Shown: in pieces, positions 1 to 11,021 of the stretch | Position numbering within the stretch: the stretch's first letter is position 1 | Layout of the letters: each line of letters starts with the position of its first letter | Assembly: GCA_047606265.1 (NCBI GenBank) | Contig: JASGEQ010000007.1 | Location: 48,941-112,940 of the forward strand | Origin: Dysgonomonas sp. | GTDB taxonomy: Bacteria > Bacteroidota > Bacteroidia > Bacteroidales > Dysgonomonadaceae | Direction: 5' to 3' | DNA length: 64,000 bases | Notes under the pieces: model-generated | The model's database searches: none | Seen by the model: only the letters and a program-made list of their open reading frames with translations | Told to the model about the DNA's origin: nothing | Program-made: the position numbers and the translations under genes

Positions 1-399
1 ACGGAAATGGCGAGTGGAAATCGTTGGACAAACCTCCGCGCAGATGGGACAATATCTAACGACCCTACGGAACTTGCCGAAATGAATAAAAACACTACCA
101 TGTGGTCTCCATATACATCAAGAATGATTTTTAGCGATTGGGCAGTAGAAGATGGTTCTTTCCTTCGCCTGAATACATTGACATTAGGATATACTCTTCC
201 TAAATCCCTTGTAACTAAAGCCAACATTCAAAGTTTACGCCTCTATGTTACAGGATACAACTTGTTCTGTATCACAGGCTATTCGGGCTATGATCCAGAG
301 GTATCTACTATTCGTAGAACAAACCTCACTCCCGGTGTAGATTATTCTGCATATCCAAAAAGCCGGCAATTTGTCGTTGGTCTAAACTTAAGCTTCTAA
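1..399 (+). CDS. susC: SusC/RagA TonB-dependent receptor, C-terminal fragment (starts before window)
   Basis: Typical SusC end: VEDGSFLRLNTLTLGYTLP...YSGYDPEV...YPKSRQFVVGLNLSF; followed directly by susD. Confidence 0.95.
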   Translation, partial: TEMASGNRWTNLRADGTISNDPTELAEMNKNTTMWSPYTSRMIFSDWAVEDGSFLRLNTLTLGYTLPKSLVTKANIQSLRLYVTGYNLFCITGYSGYDPEVSTIRRTNLTPGVDYSAYPKSRQFVVGLNLSF

Positions 400-412
400 T
401 CTCAAAACAAAA

Positions 413-2185
413 ATGATGAAACAATTTATATACAAATCAATTTTAGCATTATCGCTTGCTGGTATCATTACTTCTTGTGAGCTAGATACCCCGACACAAT
501 CGGCAACAGACGAATCGGTAGTTTTCTCTACCTATGCCCTCGCAGAACCTGCGGTAATGGGTATACATCAATCTTTTTCCGAAACAAATTCTTATCGTGG
601 ACGCTATATCCCATACTATGGTGTTAATTCCGATATAGAATGGATTAACAATATGCCGGAAAGCGGTACCGGAATAGTGGATGGAGGTAAATATGAACTT
701 ACAGGTTACTCAGCAAGTTCTACAAACACCCAAATGAATACTTTAGATAACGCATGGGCTAAGTTTTATGAAGGAATTGAGCGTGCAAATCTATGTATTC
801 GAGGATTGCGTGCTTATGGGAATGTACAGGTCAATTCTGATTTTGCTCAATTATTAGGTGAGACCCTGACTCTAAGAGCCGTTATCTATCTTGATCTGAT
901 CAAAGGATGGGGCGATGTACCGGCACGCTTCGAACCCATTTCTTCTGAAACACTCTATTTGCCAAGAACAGACAGAGATATAATCTATAAACAATTACTT
1001 GCAGATTTAAAAGAAGCGGAAGATTTGGTTGCCTGGCCAAATGAAACAACGATTACAAAATCGACTGAGCGGATTAATAAAGCATTTATCAAGGGGCTTC
1101 GCGCCCGTGTGGCACTTTATGCGGGAGGATACAGCCAACGTGCAGATGGTATACGCCTTAGTACAGATCCGGAGCTTAGTGCAGATAAAATGTACACAAT
1201 AGCTAAAGAGGAATGCCTTGATATAATAAATAAAGGGTCTAACAGACTGGGTACCTTTGAAGAAAATTTCAGAAACCTATGCCAAGACAATGTTGTAGCC
1301 GGAGGAGAATCTTTATGGGAAATACCATTTGCAGACGGTCGTGGACGAGTTCTTTACACATTTGGGATAAAACATCAGCTCGCCGATCAATATACGGGAC
1401 AGGCACAAGGTGGGATAAATGGCCCTCTTCCTTATCTGTTCTATGATTACGATGTGGAAGACGTGCGCCGCGATATCACATGTATACCTTACGAGTGGTC
1501 TAAAGAAAATCCAAGTAAACAACAATTACGCTCTCTCAAATCATGGTGTTTTGGAAAATTACGTTACGAATGGATGAAACGCAAAGTTACCTCCACCAAT
1601 GACGACGGTATCAACTGGCAATATATGCGTCTTGCAGATGTTTACTTAATGGCTGCCGAAGCTATTAATGAATTAGAAGGCCCGGCTAATGCAGCACAGT
1701 ATTTAAAACCCATATTAGACAGAGCTTTACCTACAGCTAAAGTAGATGCATATATCACTGTAGCCAAAGCAAGCAAAGATGCATTCAAGAAAGCTATTGT
1801 TGACCAACGCGCTTTTGAATTTGCAGGAGAAAGTTTAAGAAAGGCAGACTTGATACGTTGGAATTTATTGAAAACAAAGCTGGATGAAGCTAAATCTAAA
1901 ATGACCCAGTTAGCAAATCGCCAAGGGGCTTATAGTGATCTACCGGAAAAATTATACTACAAAACAACCGGAGAAAATTTGACTATATATGGTCTAAATC
2001 ATGGAGAAACAGACGCTATCGGCATCACTCTTTCGGGTTATGACAATGTAAGTTGGATAAGTGCAACTAAACTGCCGGCAACACTGATCAATTCTTTGTA
2101 TCAAAAAAATCCGGATCAAAATCAGTACTGGCCAATCTGGCAGACATTCATAGATAACAGTAATGGGATGTTGACAAACAATTAA
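413..2185 (+). CDS. susD: RagB/SusD nutrient-binding lipoprotein
   Basis: Lipobox IITSC; motifs MRLADVYLMAAEA and IVDQRAFEFAGESLRKADLIRW; downstream of susC. Confidence 0.95.
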   Translation: MMKQFIYKSILALSLAGIITSCELDTPTQSATDESVVFSTYALAEPAVMGIHQSFSETNSYRGRYIPYYGVNSDIEWINNMPESGTGIVDGGKYELTGYSASSTNTQMNTLDNAWAKFYEGIERANLCIRGLRAYGNVQVNSDFAQLLGETLTLRAVIYLDLIKGWGDVPARFEPISSETLYLPRTDRDIIYKQLLADLKEAEDLVAWPNETTITKSTERINKAFIKGLRARVALYAGGYSQRADGIRLSTDPELSADKMYTIAKEECLDIINKGSNRLGTFEENFRNLCQDNVVAGGESLWEIPFADGRGRVLYTFGIKHQLADQYTGQAQGGINGPLPYLFYDYDVEDVRRDITCIPYEWSKENPSKQQLRSLKSWCFGKLRYEWMKRKVTSTNDDGINWQYMRLADVYLMAAEAINELEGPANAAQYLKPILDRALPTAKVDAYITVAKASKDAFKKAIVDQRAFEFAGESLRKADLIRWNLLKTKLDEAKSKMTQLANRQGAYSDLPEKLYYKTTGENLTIYGLNHGETDAIGITLSGYDNVSWISATKLPATLINSLYQKNPDQNQYWPIWQTFIDNSNGMLTNN

Positions 2186-2212
2186 TTCTCAACTATCTAA
2201 AAAATATTTATT

Positions 2213-3802
2213 ATGAACAAATTAAAAAACATTATATATATCTTAGGATTATCAATTATGATAATTCTACCGGGCTGTTCGGATCGTGATGAGGAGATCA
2301 CAAGCATTGACTACGATCGCCTATTCTCTCCGACTGAATTAACAGCCAGAATAGTAAACAAGACCGGAGTTCAGCTTACTTGGAATACAAATAAAAAAGC
2401 TGAGAGTTACAACATTGAAGTATACGACAATGAGTCTTTCGAGGGTACACCAATAAAATCTGCACAAAACGTTACCGTAACAACTTATACGATTACAGGC
2501 TTTGAGGGAGATAAAAAGTATTGGGGACGTGTACAGGCTGTAAACCCGGATATTACAGACTCTAAATGGTCTGTGGTAGCATTTACGACTGATATTAACA
2601 GTATTCTCTTACCAACTCAGATTGGTGACGTTGCGGCCACTGAATTTATCATCAGATGGCCTGCAGGAAGTAGTGCGACGAAAGTAGTACTTACCCCTGC
2701 ATCCGGAACAGCAGTTACATATACGCTGACAGCTGACGATATATCAAAAGGAATCGCCAAAGTTACTGGGCTCAAGCCAGCTACTACATACACAGCTGTG
2801 CTACATACCGATAATCAAAGAATTGGAATCACATCACTTACAACTCTTGCCGAGGGTACAATAGTAGTGAACTCTGAAGACAACTTTGTTTCCACTTTGG
2901 ATAATGCACCGGATGGAGCCGTACTATTATTGAAACCGGGTGAAGTCTATTTAATAGGGTCTACAACATACCTTTTTGGCAAAAATCTAAAAATTATGGG
3001 ATATGAAGGCTTCGATAAACCGATTATTTGTATGTCTGGAGCTTCTTCATCTGCTGCAATGATGGGCTTTGTTGGAAATTCTTCTTTTAACTATCTCAGA
3101 TTTGAAAATATTAAGTTAACGGGATACAATAATAATAGTACATCTGATACAAAAATATACTATTTATTTAATAATAACACCGTTACAGATCTAAAAGAAT
3201 TATCATTTAAGAACTGTGATATTACTAACTGGGGCAATACACCATTCCGTCTTCAAGGAGGCAAATCTCAAAAGATAGAGACATTGACAATAGATGGTTG
3301 CATAATTAATGACGTAGCCTTTAGTAATAATTACGCCGTGATAAATGTAAATTCAACAGACTATATCAATAATATTGTTTTGAAAAACACTACAGTTTAT
3401 AACTTCAGAGCAGGGTTGATTCTTCGTCAGAACGCAACAGTAAATTCGGTTACAATAGAAAACTGTACTATAAATCAAGGTATGCTTGATACAGGAACTA
3501 GCCGCTACCTCCTTGACATGGATAAATCAACAATATCAGGACAAGTTACTATAAAAAATAATATTCTGGGAAGTACTGGTGAAAAAGCCGGAGGAGTAAG
3601 ACCTATTGACAAGATAACTTCTATAACAGGCAATTACTACACATCTGATTATATTGATGCAGTAAGCTCTAATAAAGATAAAATGACTTCCTATAGTGGT
3701 GCCTCTACCGATCTTTGGAATAATCCTGCTAGTGGAATATTCACATTCAAAGATACTTCTTTTTCAGGTATTGATAAGGCAGGAGACCCACGTTGGAAAT
3801 GA
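2213..3802 (+). CDS. Surface lipoprotein with FN3 repeats, beta-helix region and DUF4957/DUF5123-type C-terminus (probable glycan-binding protein)
   Basis: Lipobox LPGC; RLFSPTEL start, FN3-like segments, C-terminal GDPRW; position after susD typical of pectin PULs. Confidence 0.75.
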   Translation: MNKLKNIIYILGLSIMIILPGCSDRDEEITSIDYDRLFSPTELTARIVNKTGVQLTWNTNKKAESYNIEVYDNESFEGTPIKSAQNVTVTTYTITGFEGDKKYWGRVQAVNPDITDSKWSVVAFTTDINSILLPTQIGDVAATEFIIRWPAGSSATKVVLTPASGTAVTYTLTADDISKGIAKVTGLKPATTYTAVLHTDNQRIGITSLTTLAEGTIVVNSEDNFVSTLDNAPDGAVLLLKPGEVYLIGSTTYLFGKNLKIMGYEGFDKPIICMSGASSSAAMMGFVGNSSFNYLRFENIKLTGYNNNSTSDTKIYYLFNNNTVTDLKELSFKNCDITNWGNTPFRLQGGKSQKIETLTIDGCIINDVAFSNNYAVINVNSTDYINNIVLKNTTVYNFRAGLILRQNATVNSVTIENCTINQGMLDTGTSRYLLDMDKSTISGQVTIKNNILGSTGEKAGGVRPIDKITSITGNYYTSDYIDAVSSNKDKMTSYSGASTDLWNNPASGIFTFKDTSFSGIDKAGDPRWK

Positions 3803-3832
3803 CGCTAAAATAACTAAATACTAATTGACAAG

Positions 3833-3867
3833 AAAAGAGTAAAGGCTTTTCAACCTTTACTCTTTTT
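3833..3867 (+). terminator. Intrinsic terminator/hairpin between transport and enzyme blocks
   Basis: AAAAGAGTAAAGG-8 nt-CCTTTACTCTTTT perfect stem. Confidence 0.85.
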
Positions 3868-3881
3868 CAAAAAAAACGGAC

Positions 3882-5519
3882 ATGAGAATATTGACAAGAG
3901 TATTATTTCCCCTTATTTGTATCTTTTCTACAATAAACGAAGCAAAGGCAGACGATCGCTATACTTATCTATATAAGGATCTACCGTTTCAAATGCCACA
4001 AATAAGCCGACCTATATTTCCCAATAATAAGATTTCCATAGCTGATTTTGGAGGTATTCCGGACGGAGTTACATTAAACACCGAAGCTTTTGCTAAAGCT
4101 ATGGATACCCTTTCTAAAAAAGGAGGAGGTACGCTCAATATCCCTTCAGGGATATGGTATACAGGCCCAATAATATTCAAGTCGAATATTAATCTTCATC
4201 TCGAAAGAGGAGCCTTAATATTATTTTCATCCGATTTCAATTTATACCCCCTGGTAAATACTATTTTCGAGGGCCTCGATACACGTCGTTGCCAATCTCC
4301 GATTTCAGGGCGAAATCTCGAAAATATAGCAATAACAGGCGAAGGCTCCATAAATGGCTCAGGTGAAGCTTGGCGTCCTCTAAAGAAAGCCAAAGTCACA
4401 GAAATACACTGGAAGAAAGTGATTAGCTCAGGTGGAGTTGTTAAAGACAACAACTATTGGTTCCCATCCGAAGGCTCTCTTAAAGGTTTCGAACGCAGCG
4501 ACATGAACGTACCTACAGGAACTTTATCCGAGGAAGAATGGATGGAAATAAAAGACTTCCTCCGTCCTGTAATGGTTAGCTTCATCGAGTGTAAAAATAT
4601 ACTTCTTGAAGGCGTTTTATTTGAAAACTCTCCGGCTTGGAATATTCACCCTTTAATGTGTGAGAATGTGATTATTGATAATATATATGTCCGCAATCCC
4701 GGTTATGCGCAAAATGGAGATGGAGTAGATCTGGAATCTTGTGTAAATTCGATTATCGTGAATAGTATTTTCGACGTAGGGGATGATGCTATTTGCATAA
4801 AATCGGGAAAAGACGAGAATGGGCGCCGCCGCGATCGTCCTACAGAAAATGTATTGATCGATAACTGCAAGGTCTTTCAAGGACACGGCGGTTTTGTTGT
4901 CGGTAGCGAAATGTCTGGTAGTGTCCGCAATATTTCAGTATCAAATTGTCAGTTTCTGGGAACAGATGTCGGTCTTCGCTTCAAGAGTCGCCGTGGACGT
5001 GGAGGTGTGGTAGAAAACATCTATATAAGAGACATCAATATGTTTGACATTACTACCGAATCGTTCTTGTTCGACCTGTACTACGGTGGCAAGTCTGCAT
5101 CAGAATCATTAGAAGACGGAGATGAAATACCTGTTGATGAAACGGTGCCCGATGTCGATGAAACGACTCCTTCTTTCAGAGGTATTCACGTTAAAAATCT
5201 GACCTCACGCAATGCGCGCCGCGCCATGTTTTTCAACGGATTACCTGAAATGAAAATAACAGATATCAATGTAGAAGATGTTATCATCTCGGCTACTCTC
5301 GGTGCAGAAATAGTAGAATCTGAAGGTGTCAACCTCAAAAATGTGAAAATAATACCGAAAGAAGGACCAGCCTTGATATTAAGAAATGTAAATAATATGG
5401 AACTGGTTGATTTTAAGTATCCTTTGACGTTGAAAGAGGTGGTAAATATAAGTGGTGAAAATAAAAATATAAAACTACCTGCGAGTTTAAATAAGGATTT
5501 AGTAAACAAGGTAAAATGA
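3882..5519 (+). CDS. GH28 polygalacturonase
   Basis: GH28 motifs NGDGVDLES, GDDAICIKSG, GHGGFVVGSE, GLRFKS; signal peptide. Confidence 0.92.
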   Translation: MRILTRVLFPLICIFSTINEAKADDRYTYLYKDLPFQMPQISRPIFPNNKISIADFGGIPDGVTLNTEAFAKAMDTLSKKGGGTLNIPSGIWYTGPIIFKSNINLHLERGALILFSSDFNLYPLVNTIFEGLDTRRCQSPISGRNLENIAITGEGSINGSGEAWRPLKKAKVTEIHWKKVISSGGVVKDNNYWFPSEGSLKGFERSDMNVPTGTLSEEEWMEIKDFLRPVMVSFIECKNILLEGVLFENSPAWNIHPLMCENVIIDNIYVRNPGYAQNGDGVDLESCVNSIIVNSIFDVGDDAICIKSGKDENGRRRDRPTENVLIDNCKVFQGHGGFVVGSEMSGSVRNISVSNCQFLGTDVGLRFKSRRGRGGVVENIYIRDINMFDITTESFLFDLYYGGKSASESLEDGDEIPVDETVPDVDETTPSFRGIHVKNLTSRNARRAMFFNGLPEMKITDINVEDVIISATLGAEIVESEGVNLKNVKIIPKEGPALILRNVNNMELVDFKYPLTLKEVVNISGENKNIKLPASLNKDLVNKVK

Positions 5520-6700
5520 AGATGGTTAGGTTTATGAAGGTAAAAATCCTTATGGTATTATTGTTCTTAGCATCTGTTGTATCAGCAGAGGCTAAGGCAA
5601 AATACTTTATCCGGATGGCCGATTCGGAAATGAAAAGAAACCCTGAAGCATGGATGCTCGATTTCTCTCCAAAGCCCAAATGGAATTATTGTCACGGGCT
5701 GGAGCTACAAGCAATATTGCAAGTATGGGAAAAGACCGGTGATAAAAAGTATTATGATTATGCCTACGGTTTTGCAGATCTAATGGTAGAGCAAGATGGT
5801 CAGATTAAGACGTACAAACCTTTAGAATATAATATAGACCGCATCAATTCGGGAAAAATGCTTTTCCCTATCTACATACAAACCAAAGAAAAACGATTCA
5901 AAGATGCATTAGAATTGATGCGTAACCAGATGAAAACACATCCGCGAACAAAGGATGGCAGTTTCTGGCATAAAAAAATATACCCTCATCAGGTGTGGCT
6001 CGATGGTCTTTACATGGCCTGTCCGTTTCTGGCAGAATATGGAAAGGCATTCAACGAGGCGGCATTATTCGATGAGGCTGCGTTGCAAATTATAGATACC
6101 CATAAATATCTGTATGATTCCAAAACAGGATTATATTATCATGGTTGGGATGAAAGCCGTCGACAGCGATGGGCTGATCCGGTTACAGGACTATCATCTA
6201 ATTTCTGGTCGAGAAGCATAGGCTGGTACATGATGGCAATGGTAGATGCCTTAGATTTTATACCGGACAATCACCCTAAACGTGACGAAATAGTTTCTAT
6301 CTTTAGGGAGCTTTGTAGTTCTGTCGAAAAATACAAAGATCCCAAAACAGGAATGTGGTATCAGGTTACCGACCAAATGAACAGAGAAGGAAACTATATC
6401 GAATCAAGTGCATCGGCCATGTTTATTTATTCGTGGGTAAAAGGTGCTCAAAAAGGCTATTTAAGCAAAGATTATCTTGACAAAGGAGAGAAAGCATACG
6501 ATCAATTCGTTAACCGTTTTATCAAAGAAAATGAAGATGGCGCAATATCTCTTACTGATGGCTGTGCAGTGGCCGGACTAGGTGGAGAAAAGAATTATCG
6601 TGACGGAAGTTATGAATACTATATAAATGAACCGGTAAGGGACAATGACCCAAAAGTTGTGGGGCCGTTTATTATGCTAAGCATTATGCTCGATAAATAA
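5516..6700 (+). CDS. GH105 unsaturated rhamnogalacturonyl/galacturonyl hydrolase
   Basis: WHKKIYPHQVWLDGLYM, YHGWDE, FWSRSIGW, ESSASAMF; ATGA overlap with GH28. Confidence 0.92.
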   Translation: MKMVRFMKVKILMVLLFLASVVSAEAKAKYFIRMADSEMKRNPEAWMLDFSPKPKWNYCHGLELQAILQVWEKTGDKKYYDYAYGFADLMVEQDGQIKTYKPLEYNIDRINSGKMLFPIYIQTKEKRFKDALELMRNQMKTHPRTKDGSFWHKKIYPHQVWLDGLYMACPFLAEYGKAFNEAALFDEAALQIIDTHKYLYDSKTGLYYHGWDESRRQRWADPVTGLSSNFWSRSIGWYMMAMVDALDFIPDNHPKRDEIVSIFRELCSSVEKYKDPKTGMWYQVTDQMNREGNYIESSASAMFIYSWVKGAQKGYLSKDYLDKGEKAYDQFVNRFIKENEDGAISLTDGCAVAGLGGEKNYRDGSYEYYINEPVRDNDPKVVGPFIMLSIMLDK

Positions 6701-6712
6701 ATTGGAGATCAA

Positions 6713-8089
6713 ATGAATAAACTGATATTGTTTTTAATTGGAATAATGGGCTTCCTGCAAATGGAAGCTCAAACTCCTGCTTTTCCCGGAGCCGAAGGCG
6801 GAGGAATGTACACAACAGGAGGACGTGGAGGGAAAGTGTATTATGTAAATACTCTCGAAGACACCTTAGTGGGTAATAAGAAGACACGGGAAGGTTCGCT
6901 TCGTTGGTGTTTGAAGAGACCGGGGCCAAAAACAATATTATTTAAGGTAGCCGGCATCATTCGGCTGAAATCAAAATTATCCGTAACAGACAGCACTACC
7001 ATAGCAGGGCAAAGCGCTCCGGGTGATGGAATATGTATAGCAGACTATCCGGTAAGAGTAGAAGGCGATAATGTTATTATCCGGTATATGCGTTTTCGCA
7101 TGGGAGATCTGAAGGGCGTGCAAGATGATGCCTTATATGGTATGCGCAATAAAAACCTCATAATAGATCATTGTTCGATGAGTTGGAGTACCGACGAGTG
7201 TTCTTCATTTTATGACAACGAAAACTTTACCATGCAGTGGTGCATTATATCAGAAAGCCTTCGGGCATCTGTTCACGCAAAAGGCAGTCATGGCTACGGA
7301 GCTATATGGGGAGGGAAAAAAGCATCTTACCATCATAATTTGTTAGCACATCACGACAGCCGTAATCCTCGTATGTGCGGAAGCAGGTATAGTAATCAGC
7401 CTGAACTGGAATTAGTCGATTTCAGAAATAATGTGATCTATAATTGGGGAAGCAATAGCGGATATGCAGGAGAAGGAGGCAGATATAACTTTATCAATAA
7501 CTATTATAAGCCGGCTCCTACCTCATCTAACCGTAGTCGGATCTTCTCTCCCAATGCTGACGAAGGAGCCAACAAGCAGGCTGAAGGCGTTTGGGGAACC
7601 TTCCACCTTAGCGGGAACTTTGTGTTCGGAAACCAGAAAGTCACAAAAAACAATTATATTGGACTTCAACCTAATCCCAAAACGAAAGAGATCCATGAAC
7701 TAGCTTCATATATGCCTTTCGAGGTTCCATTTGTTACGACCGATGATGCAGAAACGGCTTATAAAAGAGTTTTAGACAAAGCAGGGGCAAGTTATAAAAG
7801 AGATAAAACTGATACTCGCATAGTAAATGAAGTAAAAAAAGGACTGACACCTAAAAGAGCATCCCATAATGCCGGAACAAGACCGGGCATGATAGATTCT
7901 CAAAGCGATGTGGGCGGATGGGAAGCCTATACATACGACCCTGCACTTATTCCTGTAGATTCGGACATAGATGGGATTCCCGACGGTTGGCTTGAGAAAC
8001 ATCATCCGGGCAAATCAGCAAATGATTTAGATGAAAATGGATACACTTATCTCGAAGTATATCTGAATAGTTTGGTTGAAAAAAAATAA
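6713..8089 (+). CDS. PL1 pectate lyase
   Basis: AFPGAEGGGMYTTGGRGG start, IIDHCSMSWSTDE, HHNLLAHHDSRNPR, NNVIYNWG. Confidence 0.92.
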   Translation: MNKLILFLIGIMGFLQMEAQTPAFPGAEGGGMYTTGGRGGKVYYVNTLEDTLVGNKKTREGSLRWCLKRPGPKTILFKVAGIIRLKSKLSVTDSTTIAGQSAPGDGICIADYPVRVEGDNVIIRYMRFRMGDLKGVQDDALYGMRNKNLIIDHCSMSWSTDECSSFYDNENFTMQWCIISESLRASVHAKGSHGYGAIWGGKKASYHHNLLAHHDSRNPRMCGSRYSNQPELELVDFRNNVIYNWGSNSGYAGEGGRYNFINNYYKPAPTSSNRSRIFSPNADEGANKQAEGVWGTFHLSGNFVFGNQKVTKNNYIGLQPNPKTKEIHELASYMPFEVPFVTTDDAETAYKRVLDKAGASYKRDKTDTRIVNEVKKGLTPKRASHNAGTRPGMIDSQSDVGGWEAYTYDPALIPVDSDIDGIPDGWLEKHHPGKSANDLDENGYTYLEVYLNSLVEKK

Positions 8090-8090
8090 A

Positions 8091-9044
8091 ATGATGAAGA
8101 ACATTATTCTTACTTTTCTGATTCTGTTTTCCCTTTGTGCATATTCCCAAGAAAAAACAGAGTACATCGTGGACAGGAATGGCACAGGAGATTTCCGCAC
8201 TATTCAGGAAGCAATAAATTCTGTGCGTACAGCCGACCCAAGAGGGTTAATAACAATCCGGATCAAAAACGGAATATACAAAGAAAAACTGGTGATCCCC
8301 CCGCACGTTACCAATATAAAGATAGTAGGAGAAGACCGGGATAAAACAATAATCAACTATGATGACCACGCTAATATAAACAAAATGGGGACTTTCAAGA
8401 CCTATACATTTTTGCTAAGTGGAAATGATATCACATTGGAAAATCTGACGATAGAGAATTCTTCTGCCGAGCTTGGGCAGGCTGTAGCATTACATATTGA
8501 AGGCGATCGTGTTGTTGTTCGCAATTGTCGTTTGTTGGGGCATCAGGATACACTCTATACAGGCAGAGATGGTGCAAGACAATATTTTGAGAACTGCTAT
8601 ATTGAAGGAACTACCGATTTCATTTTTGGCCCGGCAACAACCTGGTTCGAAGGTTGTGCAATCCATTGCAAGAAAAACTCATATATTACAGCAGCCAATA
8701 CACCCCAGAATATTAAGTATGGATATATTTTTAATAACTGTACGGTAACCGTAGCAGACGGCGTGACAGAGATGTATCTGGGACGTCCGTGGCGTGCCTA
8801 TTCCATGACGTTGTTCATGAACAGTACATTGCCAAAAGGAATAAAGCCGGAAGGATGGGACAATTGGCGTAATCCTGAAAATGAGAAAACAGTCCGATAT
8901 ATGGAGTTCAACAATAAAGGAAAAGGAGCTGACACTGCTAATCGTGTGAAATGGTCGAAAGTATTAACCTCATCCGATGCTAAAGAGTATACTATCGCAA
9001 ATGTATTGCGAGGTTGCGATAACTGGAATCCATTAACTCAATAA
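8091..9044 (+). CDS. CE8 pectin methylesterase
   Basis: GDFRTIQEAI, QAVALH, GHQDTLY, EGTTDFIFG, YLGRPW; ATG at 8091 preferred over 8076. Confidence 0.93.
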   Translation: MMKNIILTFLILFSLCAYSQEKTEYIVDRNGTGDFRTIQEAINSVRTADPRGLITIRIKNGIYKEKLVIPPHVTNIKIVGEDRDKTIINYDDHANINKMGTFKTYTFLLSGNDITLENLTIENSSAELGQAVALHIEGDRVVVRNCRLLGHQDTLYTGRDGARQYFENCYIEGTTDFIFGPATTWFEGCAIHCKKNSYITAANTPQNIKYGYIFNNCTVTVADGVTEMYLGRPWRAYSMTLFMNSTLPKGIKPEGWDNWRNPENEKTVRYMEFNNKGKGADTANRVKWSKVLTSSDAKEYTIANVLRGCDNWNPLTQ

Positions 9045-9231
9045 GCCGAAAGGCCATTTTGATTACTATAAAAAGCAGGATAATAAGTCCTTCTAATTTT
9101 TAAATAAATATTTTTGCAATCATTATTATCTTCGTTCAGTTTCGCAAGACTTGGAAAATACCCGTAATTATTATGAAGAAAGCTTTGTCCTCCTCATTTA
9201 CAGACTGTAGAAACTCAAATAGAAAAATGAA

Positions 9232-10842
9232 ATGAGAATTCGGCTTATATATATACTGTTACTAATCATCCTATTTCATACAAATGGAGTAGCGCAGATA
9301 CGTATACTCAGCATCGGGGATTCTACTATGGCTGACTACGATGAGGTAAAGAACAGCGAGAGCAAGGAAAAAAGAGGATGGGCACAAATGCTCCCTTATT
9401 TTCTGACCGATGATGTTCAAGTTGATAATGCGGCAAAGAACGGTCGTAGTTCTAAATCTTTCTATTTCGAATTTTGGGGAACATTAAGAGAGACTCTTAA
9501 ACCGGGAGATTATGTCGTGATCCAGTTTGGGCATAATGACGAAAAAAATAATGGACAAGACGCTCCGGAAGGTAATCCGAAAGATAGAGGAACTGCACCT
9601 TGGGGACAGTATCAGAAATATCTGAAATTATACATTGACGAATCGCGAAACCGTGGAGCTATACCTATTCTGGCAACGCCTGTCGTCCGTGGACTATTTG
9701 AACCGGATGGAAAAACTTTGACAGCCGTATCGCTTCACAATCTGACAGATCAGTTGGCTGTACCAAACGATTCTACAATGAATTACGTACAGGCAATGAA
9801 AGCTGTAGCCCGTAAAACAAATGTTCCATTAGTAGATATGACTACCCTTACAAAACAATTGGTTACTACTTACGGACCAGAAAAAGCAAAAGAAATCATT
9901 TATTGCCAGGAAGATAATACCCACCTTAAAGCATTGGGAGGATTGTTATTCGCTCAATTATTTGCAAAGAATCTGATAAGCCAAAATATCCTGAATGAAT
10001 ATATCCGGTTTCCGCAAACGATATCGATTACCCCTGATACGGTAGATTTTGGGCCTCAGTTGGCATCTATTCCATCAGTAAAAGCAATTTCCATAGCAGG
10101 AATGGGATTAGAAGCTCCGTCTGACATTAAACTGGAGGTACAATCTCCATTTGAAATATCACTTCACCCGGAGAAAGATTATCAAAAAGAGATTTCGATA
10201 ACATCATCAAAAAATGACCTATATATCCCTGTATATATTCGCTTCACTGCAAGCGGTTCAGAGATATACAATAAATCACTCCGCATTACCACAAACGGGC
10301 AGAAACGAAATATCAAATTGCTAGGATCTGGAATTGCAGTAGACAAAAATAAAGCTATAAAGATTGAAATATCCCCCGTAGAAGGAGAAAAGGAACCGAA
10401 AGTAGAAGGGAAGGTCTCCGCAAAATTAAATATCTCTGGACTGATATATAAAAACAGAGTATTTACAACACCTGACGAAAAATGGATTGAAGACGAAATA
10501 GACCTCAATTCATCTCGATATATAGAATTGACGATTACTGCAACGGAAGAAGTTTATATAAATCACCTGTCTTTTAGTATGAAATCTATAGGTACAGATA
10601 AAATGCGTTTTACAGCTTTGGGTTCTTTCGATCCAGCTTTCTCACAAGTGGATTCATACGCTGTAATGGAGAGTATAAGCGGCAAAAATGTAAAAACATA
10701 TTCTTTTGATAAAATGATACAATTACCGAAAAGTAAAACATACAGATTAAGGATATATCCGTGGGATAAAACGGGTGGAAATGACAAGTATTTATTATTG
10801 GAAAATATAACTGTAAAAGGATTGGAAGCCAGAAGAAGGTGA
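9232..10842 (+). CDS. CE12-like SGNH rhamnogalacturonan/pectin acetylesterase with C-terminal Ig-like and beta-sandwich domains
   Basis: GDSTM, NGRSSKSF, QFGHND, DNTH catalytic blocks in the N-terminal ~260 aa. Confidence 0.8.
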   Translation: MRIRLIYILLLIILFHTNGVAQIRILSIGDSTMADYDEVKNSESKEKRGWAQMLPYFLTDDVQVDNAAKNGRSSKSFYFEFWGTLRETLKPGDYVVIQFGHNDEKNNGQDAPEGNPKDRGTAPWGQYQKYLKLYIDESRNRGAIPILATPVVRGLFEPDGKTLTAVSLHNLTDQLAVPNDSTMNYVQAMKAVARKTNVPLVDMTTLTKQLVTTYGPEKAKEIIYCQEDNTHLKALGGLLFAQLFAKNLISQNILNEYIRFPQTISITPDTVDFGPQLASIPSVKAISIAGMGLEAPSDIKLEVQSPFEISLHPEKDYQKEISITSSKNDLYIPVYIRFTASGSEIYNKSLRITTNGQKRNIKLLGSGIAVDKNKAIKIEISPVEGEKEPKVEGKVSAKLNISGLIYKNRVFTTPDEKWIEDEIDLNSSRYIELTITATEEVYINHLSFSMKSIGTDKMRFTALGSFDPAFSQVDSYAVMESISGKNVKTYSFDKMIQLPKSKTYRLRIYPWDKTGGNDKYLLLENITVKGLEARRR

Positions 10843-10946
10843 AACCTCTTTAGATTCATACTCTATCCGAACGGCAAAAACCCGATACAATCATAGACTG
10901 GTTCAGAGTTAGTGAAATGTTAGAATAGTGTTTTTAGGTTAGATTA

Positions 10947-10985
10947 GGAGTGGGAGCCAATACTCAGGTTTCTGCTCCTTTCTTT
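10947..10985 (+). terminator. Intrinsic terminator ending the pectin PUL
   Basis: GGAGTGGGAGCC-loop-GGTTTCTGCTCC stem with G-U pairs, followed by TTCTTT. Confidence 0.55.
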
Positions 10986-11021
10986 ATACATTTAAAGCAG
11001 TCCTATCTTATATGAATTTAT

